A stretch of 64,000 nucleotides of DNA, from positions 1,504,312 to 1,568,311 of the forward strand of contig OZ241989.1 of the NCBI GenBank assembly GCA_965204495.1. Reading direction: 5' to 3'. A program made the position numbers and the translations under genes. Positions within the stretch are counted from its first letter, which is position 1. Every line of letters starts with the position of its first letter. Below the pieces are notes generated by a model. The model did not search any database, was not told the DNA's origin, and worked only from the letters and a program-made list of their open reading frames with translations. Positions 8,701-21,299 of the stretch are shown piece by piece. The DNA comes from Candidatus Hopanoidivoransaceae bacterium. Its GTDB lineage: Bacteria; Actinomycetota; Acidimicrobiia; Acidimicrobiales; Hopanoidiivorantaceae.

Positions 8701-9905
8701 GCATGACCACAACAAACACTTCCATTGATCTGGGCTTTGCGGCTTTTGACGCAGACAACCACTACTACGAAGCGGAGGATGCCTTCATCCGCCACATGGA
8801 GCCTTCCATGGCCAAACGCTGCATGCAGTGGGCCGACATAGACGGCCGCAAACGGCTGCTGGTGGGCGGCAAGATCAACCGCTTCATCCCCAACCCCACT
8901 TTTGATCCCATCGCCCGTCCGGGCAGCTTGGACGACTACTTCAGAGGCAAGCAGTCGTCAGACGACATTCGCTCGGCTTTCGGCGAACTGGAAAAGCTTT
9001 CCGACCGCCCTGAATATCGCGACCGCAGCAAGCGGCTAGAGCACATGGACGGCCAAGGCATAGAGTCGGCTTTCTTCTTTCCCACTCTGGGGGTGGGCAT
9101 GGAGTCGGCGATGAAGAACGACCTGCCGGCGATGCGAACGGCCTTTCGGGCGTTCAACCGCTGGCTCAGCGAAGACTGGGGCTTCGCCCATCAAGACCGC
9201 ATCATCGCCGCCCCTTACATCACCCTCTCGGATGTGGATGAAGCTTGCCAAGAGCTGGAATGGGCGTTGGCCGAAGACTGCAGGGTCGTGAATCTGAGGG
9301 CTTCCTCGGTGCTCACCGACGACGGCTATGCCCATCTGGGCGACCCTCGCCACGATCCGTTCTGGGCGCGTGCCAACGAAGCTGGCATCGTGGTGGCTTT
9401 CCACTCCGGCGACGCAGGCTATGAGTTTCTGTATGAGCTTTGGGGCTTCAAGACCGAGTTTGAGGCTTTCCGCCAAGACCCGCTCAAGGCGATGCTCTGC
9501 ATGGCCCCCATCGCCGACACGATGGCTTCTCTGATCGGCGGCCAGGTGTTCGCCCGCTTCCCGAATTTGCGGGTCGCCACCATTGAGACGGGTTCGCACT
9601 GGGTGCAGCCGCTGTTCTATCGCATGAACAAGGCTTTCAAGCAGCAGAAGCACGCTTTCGCCGAAGATCCGATTGAGACTTTTCGCCGGCATATCTGGGT
9701 GGCCCCCTTCTATGAAGACGACATGACTGAGCTGGCAGAACTGGTGGGCGTGGATCACATGATCTTCGGTTCCGACTATCCTCATGCGGAAGGCTTGAGC
9801 GATCCGTTGGCGTTCGTGCACGACCTCAAGGGCTTCTCGGATGACGACATCCACAAGGTGATGCGCACCAACGGCATGTCGCTCATCCAGCGTCAGCCGG
9901 CTTAG
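8685..9905 (+). CDS. amidohydrolase-2 family (ACMSD-like TIM-barrel metal hydrolase)
   Basis: 406 aa with FDADNHYYE near the N-terminus and FGSDYPHAEG near the C-terminus, typical of this family. Confidence 0.8.
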   Translation: MASMICMTTTNTSIDLGFAAFDADNHYYEAEDAFIRHMEPSMAKRCMQWADIDGRKRLLVGGKINRFIPNPTFDPIARPGSLDDYFRGKQSSDDIRSAFGELEKLSDRPEYRDRSKRLEHMDGQGIESAFFFPTLGVGMESAMKNDLPAMRTAFRAFNRWLSEDWGFAHQDRIIAAPYITLSDVDEACQELEWALAEDCRVVNLRASSVLTDDGYAHLGDPRHDPFWARANEAGIVVAFHSGDAGYEFLYELWGFKTEFEAFRQDPLKAMLCMAPIADTMASLIGGQVFARFPNLRVATIETGSHWVQPLFYRMNKAFKQQKHAFAEDPIETFRRHIWVAPFYEDDMTELAELVGVDHMIFGSDYPHAEGLSDPLAFVHDLKGFSDDDIHKVMRTNGMSLIQRQPA

Positions 9906-9975
9906 CAGCAGGCGGCCGCAGCCGGTAAGTTTCACTGCCTCTTTTGAGGCTTTGCTGAGAGAGCTGCGAAGCTTC

Positions 9976-10086
9976 ATGGGATTTGACCCGACTCGCCAGC
10001 ACAGTCGGTCATACCTCGACTACTGGCTGGTCGCTTTGGCACTGCTGCTGATTGCCGGTCTTGTGCTTTGGGCTGTTTTAGGATAG
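9976..10086 (+). CDS. possible 36-aa single-TM peptide upstream of sdhC
   Basis: MGFDPTRQHSRSYLDYWLVALALLLIAGLVLWAVLG. Support is only ORF shape and hydrophobicity. Confidence 0.25.
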   Translation: MGFDPTRQHSRSYLDYWLVALALLLIAGLVLWAVLG

Positions 10087-10182
10087 TTGCTGATGGCATC
10101 TGCATCCACCGAGCAGGCCGCCCCGAGAGCAGCACAGCGGGCGACTTCGCCTAGAGCGACACTGCCGCCGACCTCGGCTGAG

Positions 10183-10979
10183 ATGCCCGTGCATCCGAAA
10201 CCCAAGGTGAGGCTGCCTTGGCCGCTTTCCGTCTATCAGTCGGCGGTGGGGAAGAAATGGGTGATGGCCGTCACGGGGATTGCCCTGCTGGGGTTCGTGC
10301 TGGTTCATATGATCGGCAATCTGCACCTCTACGAAGGGCCTGTCCATCTCAGCGAGTATGCCGAAGCGTTGCGCGATCTGGGCGGCGACATCGTGCCTCG
10401 CACTTGGATTCTCTGGGCGATGCGGATAGGGCTGATAGCAGCGTTCGGGCTGCATATTCATTCGGCTTGGAGCTTGACGGTGATGAGCCGCAGAGCAGAC
10501 GCTTCTTATGTGGGCGGGCGGGGGTATGCGTCTGCTTCTTATGCCTCTCGCACGATGCGCTGGACCGGGCCGATCATTCTGCTCTATCTCTTCTATCATC
10601 TGGCCGATCTGACTTGGGGCTGGTTCAATCCCGACTTCGTGCGAGGCGACCCTTATCACAATGTGGTGGCGAGCCTCAGCAATGTGCCCGTGGCGATTTT
10701 GTATGTGGTGGCCAATGTCGCCCTGGCCATTCACATCTATCACGGGGCTTGGAGCATGTTCCAGAGCCTCGGGGTGAACAGCCCGAAGCTCAACCCGCTG
10801 CGGCGCAGGTTCGCTCAGGGTTTTGCCGCCGTCATCCTCGTCGGCAATCTCAGCTTTCCGATTTTCGTGCAGGCTGAGGTGATAGACGACGGGGGAGTGT
10901 CGGTGGTGCGCGAACACGAGGCGCAGATGGAAGAGGCGAATGTATCAGCAATGGAGACAGCATCATCGGAGGCATCGCC

Positions 10980-10983
<4 letters not shown>
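10183..10983 (+). CDS. sdhC: succinate dehydrogenase cytochrome b subunit (b558 type)
   Basis: Polytopic membrane protein ([31 protein letters not shown]). Its stop overlaps the sdhA start (ATGA). The start is moved to ATG 10183. Confidence 0.8.
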
Positions 10984-12902
<1,919 letters not shown>

Positions 12903-12935
12903 CACAGCAAGCAACACAGCAAATAGGAACAGCAA

Positions 12936-13709
12936 ATGGCATCAACTCTCTCGCTTACATTGAGAATCTGGCGGCAAAGCAGCCCTTATGACAAAGGTCG
13001 CTTCGTGACCTACGAGATGGACGATGTGCCCGAAGAGGCGTCGTTCTTGGAAATGCTGGACATCCTCAACGAACACCTGATCGCCGCTGGTGAAGAGCCG
13101 ATCTGCTTTGAGAGCGACTGCAGAGAAGGCATCTGCGGCACTTGCGGCTTGATGATCAACGGCCAGCCGCACGGCCCGCAAAAAGGCACTGCAACCTGCC
13201 AGCTTCACATGCGCCAGTTCAAAGACGGCGACCACATCGTGGTGGAACCGTGGCGAGCCGAGGCTTTCCCTGTGATCAAAGACTTGGCGGTGGACCGCAG
13301 CCCTCTGGATGCCATAATCAACGCGGGCGGATACATCTCTGTGAACACAGGCGCAGCCCCCGATGCCAATCTCACGCCCATTCCGCACGAAACTGCTGCT
13401 ACTGCTTTTGATGCCGCCGCTTGCATCGGCTGCGGAGCGTGCGTGGCTGCTTGCCCTAACAGCGCGGCGCAACTGTTCTGCTCGGCGAAGGTGCAGCATC
13501 TCAACCTGATGCCGCAAGGTCAAGCAGAACGCTGGGAGCGGACTGAGAAGATGGTGGAGACGATGGAAGAGTTCTTCGGGTCATGCACCAACCACGGCGA
13601 ATGCGAAGAAGCCTGCCCGAAGGAAATATCTATTGATTTCATTGCTTGGACTAATCGGGATTACATAAAATCCAAGCTGAAGAATCGCTCGTTGTTTGCT
13701 CAGAAGTAG
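12936..13709 (+). CDS. sdhB: succinate dehydrogenase iron-sulfur subunit
   Basis: Cys clusters CREGICGTCG, CIGCGACVAACP and CTNHGECEEACP. Confidence 0.95.
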   Translation: MASTLSLTLRIWRQSSPYDKGRFVTYEMDDVPEEASFLEMLDILNEHLIAAGEEPICFESDCREGICGTCGLMINGQPHGPQKGTATCQLHMRQFKDGDHIVVEPWRAEAFPVIKDLAVDRSPLDAIINAGGYISVNTGAAPDANLTPIPHETAATAFDAAACIGCGACVAACPNSAAQLFCSAKVQHLNLMPQGQAERWERTEKMVETMEEFFGSCTNHGECEEACPKEISIDFIAWTNRDYIKSKLKNRSLFAQK

Positions 13710-13729
13710 TTTTTTGGTTTTTTCTTTTA

Positions 13730-13916
13730 GGGTTTTTGCTATTGCACGGCGGGCAACGGCGCATCTTGGAACTAGCAGGTTTTTGCTAACTCAACGGCGG
13801 GCAACGGCGCATCTTTTTTGCCTCCGCATTACCCTTTTGCCGTATAGGTTTTTGCGCTAAACCATTGAAGTCGTGCAAAAAAGACGCACCGTCCCCCGCC
13901 TTGCCTTGGAGCTAGC
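13730..13916. repeat. composite copy of the dispersed MITE/REP-like repeat
   Basis: Contains two GGGCAACGGCGCATCTT half-sites and the AAAAAGACGCACCGTCCCCCGCC end, in the sdhB-SCP2 spacer. Confidence 0.75.
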
Positions 13917-13948
13917 AAGAAGATGTTTACCTTGGAGCTAGATGGAGG

Positions 13949-14347
13949 TTGATGCTGATGAAATTTCTATCAGAGGAGTGGGTGGGGGAGTTGGATGCCA
14001 AGCTTCGGGAGTCGGATGTGCGGTTGCCGGAAGGGAGCAGGGCAGCTCTTTGCGTTCAGAATATTGCTGAGTTTTCAGATGGCGACGAGCCGCTTTGCTA
14101 TTTCATCCAAGTCGACGCACAGGGCGCGACTGCTGCTTTTGGCAAGGCCGCTGATCCGTCTGTCGTCTTTACCCAGCCTTACGATGTAGCAGTCTCCATT
14201 GCTCAACGACAGAGAGATGCCCATGCTGCGTTTTTGTTGGGCGAGATAAAAGTGGCAGGCGATGTCACCGCCCTTTTGCAGCTAGGCGACATAACCGCAA
14301 AAATCCAAGAGTTGGTGGAATCCCTTCATCGCATCACCGAGTTTTAG
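13949..14347 (+). CDS. SCP2 sterol-carrier-like domain protein
   Basis: 132 aa with N-terminal FLSEEWV and C-terminal GEIKVAGDVTALLQL, characteristic of SCP2 domains. Confidence 0.7.
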   Translation: MMLMKFLSEEWVGELDAKLRESDVRLPEGSRAALCVQNIAEFSDGDEPLCYFIQVDAQGATAAFGKAADPSVVFTQPYDVAVSIAQRQRDAHAAFLLGEIKVAGDVTALLQLGDITAKIQELVESLHRITEF

Positions 14348-14371
14348 GTGAATGCGGCCCTTCTCTACTTC

Positions 14372-14455
14372 GGGTAGCAGGGGGACGGCGTGTCTTTTTA
14401 GGCGAGTTCGCTTGCGTGTCTGAGCATAAAAAGATGCGCCGTTGCCCTGCGGTTG
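14372..14455 (-). repeat. dispersed MITE/REP-like repeat, full copy, inverted orientation
   Basis: Its reverse complement is nearly identical to 2790-2865 and 28602-28683. It sits between convergent genes. Confidence 0.8.
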
Positions 14456-14466
14456 ATGCCCCCGCA

Positions 14467-16179
14467 TTAGATCAAATAGCTGTATTTGTCTCTGAAGTTG
14501 TGTAGGGCTTGGACTAGCAGATCGTCGGCGCCTTCGGTTTCTACTACTCGGTCGCAGAGGGCTAGGAGCTTGGCGGATTCTTCCATGTCTAGGAAGGGGG
14601 CCACTTTTGTGCGGATCATTATGATGTCGGCGGCCAGATAGGGGGGAAGTTCGGGGTGGGGGTCGGTCGCCGACTTTTCCAGAGACTCGTCATGGACGGT
14701 GGTTTTGGCGTTGTCGGAAGTTTCAACCAGTTTGCGCTTTTCTTGGTGATCGTCTTCGGGCACTCGTGCGGCCAGCAGGGATGTCTGGTTTAGCGGGTCG
14801 GAGACATCCACATGCATGATGCCGTCGGTGTCGTAGCGGTAGGTGATGTCGAAAAGGCACTGGCTCATGGGCTTGGGGCTGGTGATGGGCACTCGCCAGT
14901 GCTGCAGCTCCACGCTGCCGAGGTCGTCGGGCGGTTTCGTGGGGTCGCCTTCCATGACGGCAAGGTTCAGCCACTCTTGATGATCCACCACAGGGGAGAA
15001 ACGCTCGGTGCCTCTGGCCGGCAAGCCTTGGTTGCGTGGGATGATGGTGGAGAAGTGCGGCTTGGCTTCCAAGTGCGAAACCGCCAGCACGCCCAAGGCA
15101 TGTTGAGTGGTGACTTGGAAGTTGTAGTCGGACATCTCGCCCTGCAGGATTGCCGAGGCGACAGCTGCGCCTTCGGCCGTTGCGGTCATCGGGTTGGAAA
15201 CCGGGCTGATCGGCAGCTGGGCGACTTCTGCGATGAAGCTCTGCACTGCGGGTATCTGGGATGTGCCCCCCACCAGCACGAGCGAATCTATCTGCAAAAG
15301 CATGTCGGCTTCGGCCACATCTGCGAGACATCGCTCCACAGGCTCTCGCGCCCGCTGCAGCAGCGGCCGGATCAGATCTTCAAACTTCAAGCGAGAAAGA
15401 CGGACGGACTCGCCGCGTGGAAGCCTTATGGAGACTTCCTGTTCGGTGCTGAGCAAGATTTTGGCTCGCTCGGCTTCTAGGCGGAGGAAGCCTTTTTCGG
15501 CTTGCGAATAGTTTCTGATCTCTTCCAAGGTGTCGCTCAACCATCCCATTATGGCCGTGTCGAAGTCCACGCCGCCCAATGTGGAGACGCCTGCCGAGGT
15601 GCGTTCCACGAAGCGGTTGTTGCGGGTTTCCAGCACGGTCACATCCAGCGTGCCGCCGCCCCAGTCCACCACCATGACGGTTTCGGTCTGGCCTTTGGTG
15701 GCTGCCATGGCTGCCGCTGTGGGTTCGTTGATGAGGGCGAGGACTTTGATATTGGCCATGCCGGCGCAGGTTTTCGTGCGCTTGCGAGCGTTGCCTCGGC
15801 TGTTGGCGGGGATTGTGACCACCGACTTGTCAAAGTGCACTCCCGATTCCAAGGCTGCGGATTTGCGAAGCTGTGCGAACAGGTAAGTGCTGATCTCGTT
15901 GAGGGTGAAGCTTTCATTGCCGACCATAGCGTGCTCTTCGGCGAAGAAGAAGCGCTTGATGGCTTCTATCTTCTGCCTCGGCGGTAGCAGTTTGGCTTCC
16001 CAGCCGAAGAGAGGCTTGTTCTGGTCGTCAAGGCCGAACACGGAAGGGAACAGCAGGTCGTGGCCCAGCTCGCCCCATTCCATAGGCGGCTCGCCGATGC
16101 GGACGGTGTTGATCTCGCCGTTCTCAAAGACGGAGACCACGCAGTTGGTGGTGCCGAAGTCTATGCCTATGGCTGCCAT
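14467..16179 (-). CDS. non-canonical Hsp70 family protein (short C-terminus)
   Basis: MAAIGIDFGTTNCVV and other actin-fold ATPase motifs (DWGGGTLDV, LVGGTSQIP), followed by a beta substrate-binding-like domain. It is 570 aa, shorter than DnaK. Confidence 0.85.
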   Translation of the reverse strand: MAAIGIDFGTTNCVVSVFENGEINTVRIGEPPMEWGELGHDLLFPSVFGLDDQNKPLFGWEAKLLPPRQKIEAIKRFFFAEEHAMVGNESFTLNEISTYLFAQLRKSAALESGVHFDKSVVTIPANSRGNARKRTKTCAGMANIKVLALINEPTAAAMAATKGQTETVMVVDWGGGTLDVTVLETRNNRFVERTSAGVSTLGGVDFDTAIMGWLSDTLEEIRNYSQAEKGFLRLEAERAKILLSTEQEVSIRLPRGESVRLSRLKFEDLIRPLLQRAREPVERCLADVAEADMLLQIDSLVLVGGTSQIPAVQSFIAEVAQLPISPVSNPMTATAEGAAVASAILQGEMSDYNFQVTTQHALGVLAVSHLEAKPHFSTIIPRNQGLPARGTERFSPVVDHQEWLNLAVMEGDPTKPPDDLGSVELQHWRVPITSPKPMSQCLFDITYRYDTDGIMHVDVSDPLNQTSLLAARVPEDDHQEKRKLVETSDNAKTTVHDESLEKSATDPHPELPPYLAADIIMIRTKVAPFLDMEESAKLLALCDRVVETEGADDLLVQALHNFRDKYSYLI

Positions 16180-16228
16180 CGGTCGCTCTCTGCTTTCATG
16201 CTTGTTGCTTTAACGCTTGTTTTCGTGT

Positions 16229-17125
16229 TCATCCTGCGCCCTTTTCTGCGCCCGTGGCTGTGCTCGTTTCAGTGCTGGTTTCTGTGCTCATTTCCGCAGC
16301 GACTTTGGCTGTGCTTGCCGTAGTGTTTGCTGCTGTGCTTGCCGTCGTGATTTCGGCTGTGCTTGCCTTAATGCCTTCGGATGTGCTTGCCATAGTTGCT
16401 TCCGCAAGGCCGCGAGCCACAAGCATAGTGCGCCCGTCTGCGTTGGCGGCTATGTATGCGGGGCGTAGCACTCGGATTGTCTGGCCGCTGCCCGACACAT
16501 CAAAGTCTGCTTTGTGCTCTTCGCTGTAGTCGGCCACGATGGTGCCGCCCGCTCTGCGGAACATGTCTTCCAGTTCGGCCACGATGGGCTGGGTTTCGCT
16601 GGCGCCCAGAGAGAGCGAATGGAGATACGAGAGGTCGGTGAGGTGCTTGCGCCGCTCGCCCGCGCTGGCTACCACAGCTTGGCGAAACTCGGCAAAAGTC
16701 TCAGACGCCGCATCGCCCGCAGCCTGCTCGGAGACGAGCATGAGAGTAAGGCGCTCGGTGTCGCTGATGAGCTGCTCCAAAAGCTGCTTTCTGCTGTGGC
16801 GGGGCTTTTTGGCGGATTGTCTGGCGGCAGGAAGGCTGCCGGGGTTGCTATCGTGGCGGTCGTGGTTGCTGTCGTGGGTGCTGTGGTTGCTATCGTGGCT
16901 GCCGTGGCTGCTGCGGGCATTCTTGCCAGCCCGAGTATTTTTCGGGGCCGCAGCATCCCTAGGGGCAGAATCATAGCCCTGCCCAGAAGCCGCCGCCAGC
17001 TGCCTGCGAATGCCCAGCAGGGCCTCGCAAGCCTCCGCCGTCTTAGGCTCCCGCTGCCGTAGCATCTCAGACACCCGAGCCAACTCCAAAGCCAGCGAGT
17101 GAAGCAAAAAGTTACGAGATTTCAT
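16229..17125 (-). CDS. hypothetical protein, possibly GrpE-like, co-oriented upstream of the Hsp70
   Basis: Has helical N-terminal/central regions and a C-terminal segment GQTIRVLRPAYI that resembles the GrpE signature RVLRPA. Two low-complexity inserts (HDSNH repeats, STETSTETST). Confidence 0.35.
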   Translation of the reverse strand: MKSRNFLLHSLALELARVSEMLRQREPKTAEACEALLGIRRQLAAASGQGYDSAPRDAAAPKNTRAGKNARSSHGSHDSNHSTHDSNHDRHDSNPGSLPAARQSAKKPRHSRKQLLEQLISDTERLTLMLVSEQAAGDAASETFAEFRQAVVASAGERRKHLTDLSYLHSLSLGASETQPIVAELEDMFRRAGGTIVADYSEEHKADFDVSGSGQTIRVLRPAYIAANADGRTMLVARGLAEATMASTSEGIKASTAEITTASTAANTTASTAKVAAEMSTETSTETSTATGAEKGAG

Positions 17126-17216
17126 CTTCGGTCAGTTCCAAGCAAGGAGGTTAGTTGGTTCCAAGGAATAGCAAAAACTCTTTAAACATCAGACCCAACA
17201 AAGTCATTCCGCCAAA

Positions 17217-18224
17217 TTATAGCAAACCCAGTTCTGCCACTGCATCTCTTTCTTCTAGCAGCTCTGCTACTGAGCGGTCTATGTGCTCGCGGCTGACGCT
17301 GTTTATTTCCAACCCTTCCACAATGGTGTAGCTGCCTTCTTTTGTGGTGCAGGGGAATGAAGAGATGATGCCTTCGGGCACGCCGTAGCTGCCGTCTGAG
17401 GGCACCGACATGCTTACCCAGTCGTCGGGCGGGCTGGTGATCGCCCAGTCGTTTATATGGTCTATGACGGCGTTGGCTGCTGAGGCCGCGCTGGAGGCCC
17501 CGCGTGCTTCAATCACGGCTGCGCCGCGCTGCTGGACTGTGGGGATGAAGTCGTTGAAGATCCAGTTTTCGTCGTCTATGACCTCGGCGGCGGGCTGGCC
17601 GTCTATGAGGCAGTTGTAGATGTCGGGGTATTGGGTGGCGGAATGGTTGCCCCAGATGGTCATCTGCGAGATGTCGCTCACTGCCACGCCGCATTTCTGG
17701 CTTATCTGCGCCAGAGCTCGGTTGTGATCCAGGCGGGTCATGGCGGTGAAGCGTTCTTGGGGGATGTCGGGGGCTGAGGATTTGGCGATGAGGCAGTTGG
17801 TGTTGGCGGGGTTGCCCACCACCAGCACTCGGATGTCTGGGGCGGCATGGCTGTTGAGGGCTTGGCCTTGGGCTGTGAAGATGGCGCCGTTGGCGCTGAT
17901 GAGGTCTTTGCGCTCCATGCCTTTGGTGCGGGGGCGGCTTCCCACCAGCAGAGCGCAGCTTATGTCGGCGAAGGCTTTGTTCGGGTCGTCTGAGAGTTCC
18001 AAGCCTGCGAGCAGCGGGAAGGCGCAGTCTTCAATCTCCATCGCCACGCCTTCCAGCGCGCCCATCGCTGGCGGTATTTCCAGAAGCTGAAGGATGATCG
18101 GCCGGTCTTCGCCCAGAAGCTGGCCTGTGGCGATGCGGAAGACGAGACTGTAGCCGATCTGCCCTGCCGCCCCTGTGACGGCTACGCGAACTGGTTGTTT
18201 GGCTGGCTGTTTGGCTGGCGACAT
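17217..18224 (-). CDS. mdh: malate dehydrogenase (NAD-dependent)
   Basis: [34 protein letters not shown]. Confidence 0.95.
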   Translation of the reverse strand: MSPAKQPAKQPVRVAVTGAAGQIGYSLVFRIATGQLLGEDRPIILQLLEIPPAMGALEGVAMEIEDCAFPLLAGLELSDDPNKAFADISCALLVGSRPRTKGMERKDLISANGAIFTAQGQALNSHAAPDIRVLVVGNPANTNCLIAKSSAPDIPQERFTAMTRLDHNRALAQISQKCGVAVSDISQMTIWGNHSATQYPDIYNCLIDGQPAAEVIDDENWIFNDFIPTVQQRGAAVIEARGASSAASAANAVIDHINDWAITSPPDDWVSMSVPSDGSYGVPEGIISSFPCTTKEGSYTIVEGLEINSVSREHIDRSVAELLEERDAVAELGLL

Positions 18225-18358
18225 TTAGCTTTCCTTTGGCATTGCGGATGACATTATGGAAGTTCTGCTGTGCTGCTATTGGGTTGTTTTGGCTTCTGCT
18301 GTGCTGCTATTGGGCTGAGTTGCTATTGGGTTGTGCCAAACCACAAGCTGCTGCGAGG

Positions 18359-19570
18359 TCAGCTCAGCCGTTGCCCGAGGCGATCCACGATGGCGGATGC
18401 GAATTCCGAGCAGGCCACCTGCGTGGCTCCGTCCATGAGGCGGGCGAAGTCGTAAGTCACGATTTTCTCGGCGATGGTTACCTCCATTGCGCCGATGATG
18501 TCGTCTGCGGCCTCTTGCCAGCCGAGATGCTCATACATCATCACGCCCGAAAGCATTACCGAGGACGGGTTCACCTTGTCTTGGCCCGCGTATTTGGGGG
18601 CGGTGCCGTGAGTGGCTTCAAAGATGCCGTGCCCGGTGACATAGTTGATGTTGCCGCCGGGGGCGATGCCGATGCCGCCCACTTGGGCTGCCAGGGCATC
18701 CGAGAGATAGTCGCCGTTGAGGTTCATGGTGGCTATCACATCGAACTCGGCTGGGCGGGTGAGCACCTGCTGGAGGGCGATGTCGGCGATGGCGTCTTTC
18801 ACTAGGATTTTGCCGCCGGGGTCGCCGCCGCAGTCGTCCCAGCCGACCGCCACATCGCTGAACTCTTCGCGGACGAGCTCGTAGCCCCAGTTCTGGAAGG
18901 CGCCTTCGGTGAACTTCATGATGTTGCCTTTGTGCACCCAAGTAACGCTCTCGCGGTTGTGGCTCACGGCGTAGTTGAGGGCGGCGCGCTGCAGACGATG
19001 CGAGCCTGTGCGCGAGACGGGCTTGATGCCGATGCCGGAGTCTTCACGGATGTCGCGGTCGAAGAGTTCCTTGATGGAGGCGCGGAGCTTGTCGGCGATG
19101 TCGCTGCCCGCTTCGGCTTCTATGCCCGCGTAGATGTCTTCGGTGTTCTCTCGGAAGATGACCATATCCACCAATTCGGGGTGCTTCACAGGCGACGGCA
19201 CTCCTTGGAACCAGCGCACAGGTCGCAGGCACACATAGAGGTCGAGCAGCTGGCGCAGGGCCACATTCAGGCTGCGGAACCCGCCGCCCACAGGGGTGGT
19301 GAGAGGGCCTTTGATGCCGATGAGGTAGTCGCGGAAGGTCTCCACGGTCTCGTCGGGCAGCCAGCTGCCGGTTTCGTTGAAGGCTTTCTCGCCGGCTAAG
19401 ACTTCCTTCCATTCCACGGTCTTGCCGTGCTTGGCGGCCGCTGCGTCCAGCACATGCTTGGCTGCGGGCCAGATGTCCACGCCCGTGCCGTCGCCCTCCA
19501 CGAAAGGAATGATCGGCGTGTCGGACACATTGAGCGTGCTGTCGGGATTGAGTGTAATTTTTTCAGGCAT
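18359..19570 (-). CDS. icd: isocitrate dehydrogenase (NADP-dependent, homodimeric type)
   Basis: [45 protein letters not shown]. Confidence 0.95.
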   Translation of the reverse strand: MPEKITLNPDSTLNVSDTPIIPFVEGDGTGVDIWPAAKHVLDAAAAKHGKTVEWKEVLAGEKAFNETGSWLPDETVETFRDYLIGIKGPLTTPVGGGFRSLNVALRQLLDLYVCLRPVRWFQGVPSPVKHPELVDMVIFRENTEDIYAGIEAEAGSDIADKLRASIKELFDRDIREDSGIGIKPVSRTGSHRLQRAALNYAVSHNRESVTWVHKGNIMKFTEGAFQNWGYELVREEFSDVAVGWDDCGGDPGGKILVKDAIADIALQQVLTRPAEFDVIATMNLNGDYLSDALAAQVGGIGIAPGGNINYVTGHGIFEATHGTAPKYAGQDKVNPSSVMLSGVMMYEHLGWQEAADDIIGAMEVTIAEKIVTYDFARLMDGATQVACSEFASAIVDRLGQRLS

Positions 19571-19665
19571 AGAGGTGAGTTTATATTGAGAAGGCCGCTA
19601 TCGGAGGTTGGCAAGCGAATTGTGCGACTGGCACCGGCTTCCGTAAGCGGCTAAGCTGTCTGCTT

Positions 19666-20856
19666 ATGACAGAGTTAGCGCAGGATTTTTTGGGGTTGGA
19701 CGGGGGGCTTTCGGATGAGGAAGCTTTGCTGCGCGACACGGTGCGGGGGTTTGTGGAGGCTCGGGTGCTGCCGGATATTGCTCGGAACTTTGAGGAGGGG
19801 AGGTTTGATCTCGGATTGGTGAAGGAGATGGCAAAGTTGGGGTTGTTCGGGATGCACTTGGAGGGATACGGCTGTGCTGGGGCGGGGCCGATGGCTTATG
19901 GCATTGCTTGCAGGGAGCTGGAAGCGGGAGATTCCGGGTTGCGGAGCTTCTTGTCGGTGCAAGGGTCTTTGAGCATGACGGCTATTCGCAAGTTCGGCTC
20001 TGAAGAGCATTGCGAGGAGTTTCTGCCGAGCATGGCAGCGGGGGAGACGCTGGGGTGCTTCGGTCTCACCGAGCCTGATGCGGGCAGCGACCCTGCTTCC
20101 ATGCGAACCAACGCCAAGCAAGACGGCGGCAAAAAAGACGGCAGCAAAGCCGGGAGCGACTGGCTGCTGAACGGCACCAAGCTGTGGATCACCAACGGCA
20201 GCATCGCCGATGTCGCTGTGATATGGGCGATAACTGAAGACGGTGTGCGAGGTTTCTTGGTGCCCACAGATACGGAAGGTTTTGAAGCCCGAGACATCCC
20301 CCGCAAAGCTTCCATGCGGGCTTCCATCACCTCGGAGGTGACGCTTCAAGATGTGCGAGTGCCCGACGCGATGCGTCTGCCTGCCGCTGCGGGGCTGCGT
20401 GCACCGTTGTCGTGTTTGAGCGAGGCCCGTTTCGGCATCGTCTTCGGTGCTGCGGGAGCGGCAAGAGCCTGTTTTGAGGCCGCCTTGGAATACGCCAACG
20501 AACGCAAGCAGTTCGGCCAGCCGATCAGTTCGTTTCAGCTAACGCAAGAAAAACTGGTAAACATGCTGACTTTGCTCAATAATTCCCACCTCATAGCCGC
20601 ACATCTGGCCAAGCTCAAAGCCAAAGGCGACCTGTCGCCCGCCCAAGTCAGCTACGGCAAACGCCACAATGTAGCCGCCGCCCTAGAAATAGCCCGCACC
20701 GCCCGCTCAATTATGGGAGCCAACGGCATCTCGCTGGACTACCCCCCCGCCCGCCACATGGCCAACCTAGAGTCGGTCTACACCTACGAAGGCACCCACG
20801 AAATCCACACCTTGATCTTGGGCCAAGCCATCACAGGCGAGTCTGCTTTTAACTAG
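19666..20856 (+). CDS. acyl-CoA dehydrogenase (glutaryl-CoA dehydrogenase-like)
   Basis: GCFGLTEPDAGSDP, WITNG, YEGTHEIHTLILG. Confidence 0.85.
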   Translation: MTELAQDFLGLDGGLSDEEALLRDTVRGFVEARVLPDIARNFEEGRFDLGLVKEMAKLGLFGMHLEGYGCAGAGPMAYGIACRELEAGDSGLRSFLSVQGSLSMTAIRKFGSEEHCEEFLPSMAAGETLGCFGLTEPDAGSDPASMRTNAKQDGGKKDGSKAGSDWLLNGTKLWITNGSIADVAVIWAITEDGVRGFLVPTDTEGFEARDIPRKASMRASITSEVTLQDVRVPDAMRLPAAAGLRAPLSCLSEARFGIVFGAAGAARACFEAALEYANERKQFGQPISSFQLTQEKLVNMLTLLNNSHLIAAHLAKLKAKGDLSPAQVSYGKRHNVAAALEIARTARSIMGANGISLDYPPARHMANLESVYTYEGTHEIHTLILGQAITGESAFN

Positions 20857-20900
20857 ACAGCTACGGCCCCAGAGTAAGTTTCTCAGACACAAGACCGAGC

Positions 20901-21299
20901 TCAACTGTTCAATCCGTTGGGCTTTGCTAACTCTACGAGTTCCTCTCGCAACTCGGCTTTTTGCCTTCTGTTCATACCTGGCTTTAGCTCGACTGATACA
21001 TGAGACGCATCTTCATCGCTGTCAAGCCAGACTTTAGTTATGCCGTCTAGTTGTTCGGCTTGGTTAGCCTGCATAGCCACTGTCCAAACTCCACGGTTGG
21101 AAGGGGGCGTGTCGGGAGACTTGTTGTATAGTGCCAATGTCTCTGCTGGTGTGCTCTGGTCGCGGTCGCGAAACGAAAGGGATGGTTCTCCTTTGCGCCA
21201 CAGAAAAGCGTCGGGCAGCAGATTTCCAATTTTCCCTTCTGGGCAATGGAATGATTTGATGACTCGGTCTATCAGGCCTTTGGGTTTGCGTTCAGACAT
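20901..21299 (-). CDS. hypothetical protein (132 aa)
   Basis: Clean ORF whose ATG overlaps the upstream gene's stop by 8 nt (ATGTCTGA). No family recognised. Confidence 0.5.
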   Translation of the reverse strand: MSERKPKGLIDRVIKSFHCPEGKIGNLLPDAFLWRKGEPSLSFRDRDQSTPAETLALYNKSPDTPPSNRGVWTVAMQANQAEQLDGITKVWLDSDEDASHVSVELKPGMNRRQKAELREELVELAKPNGLNS

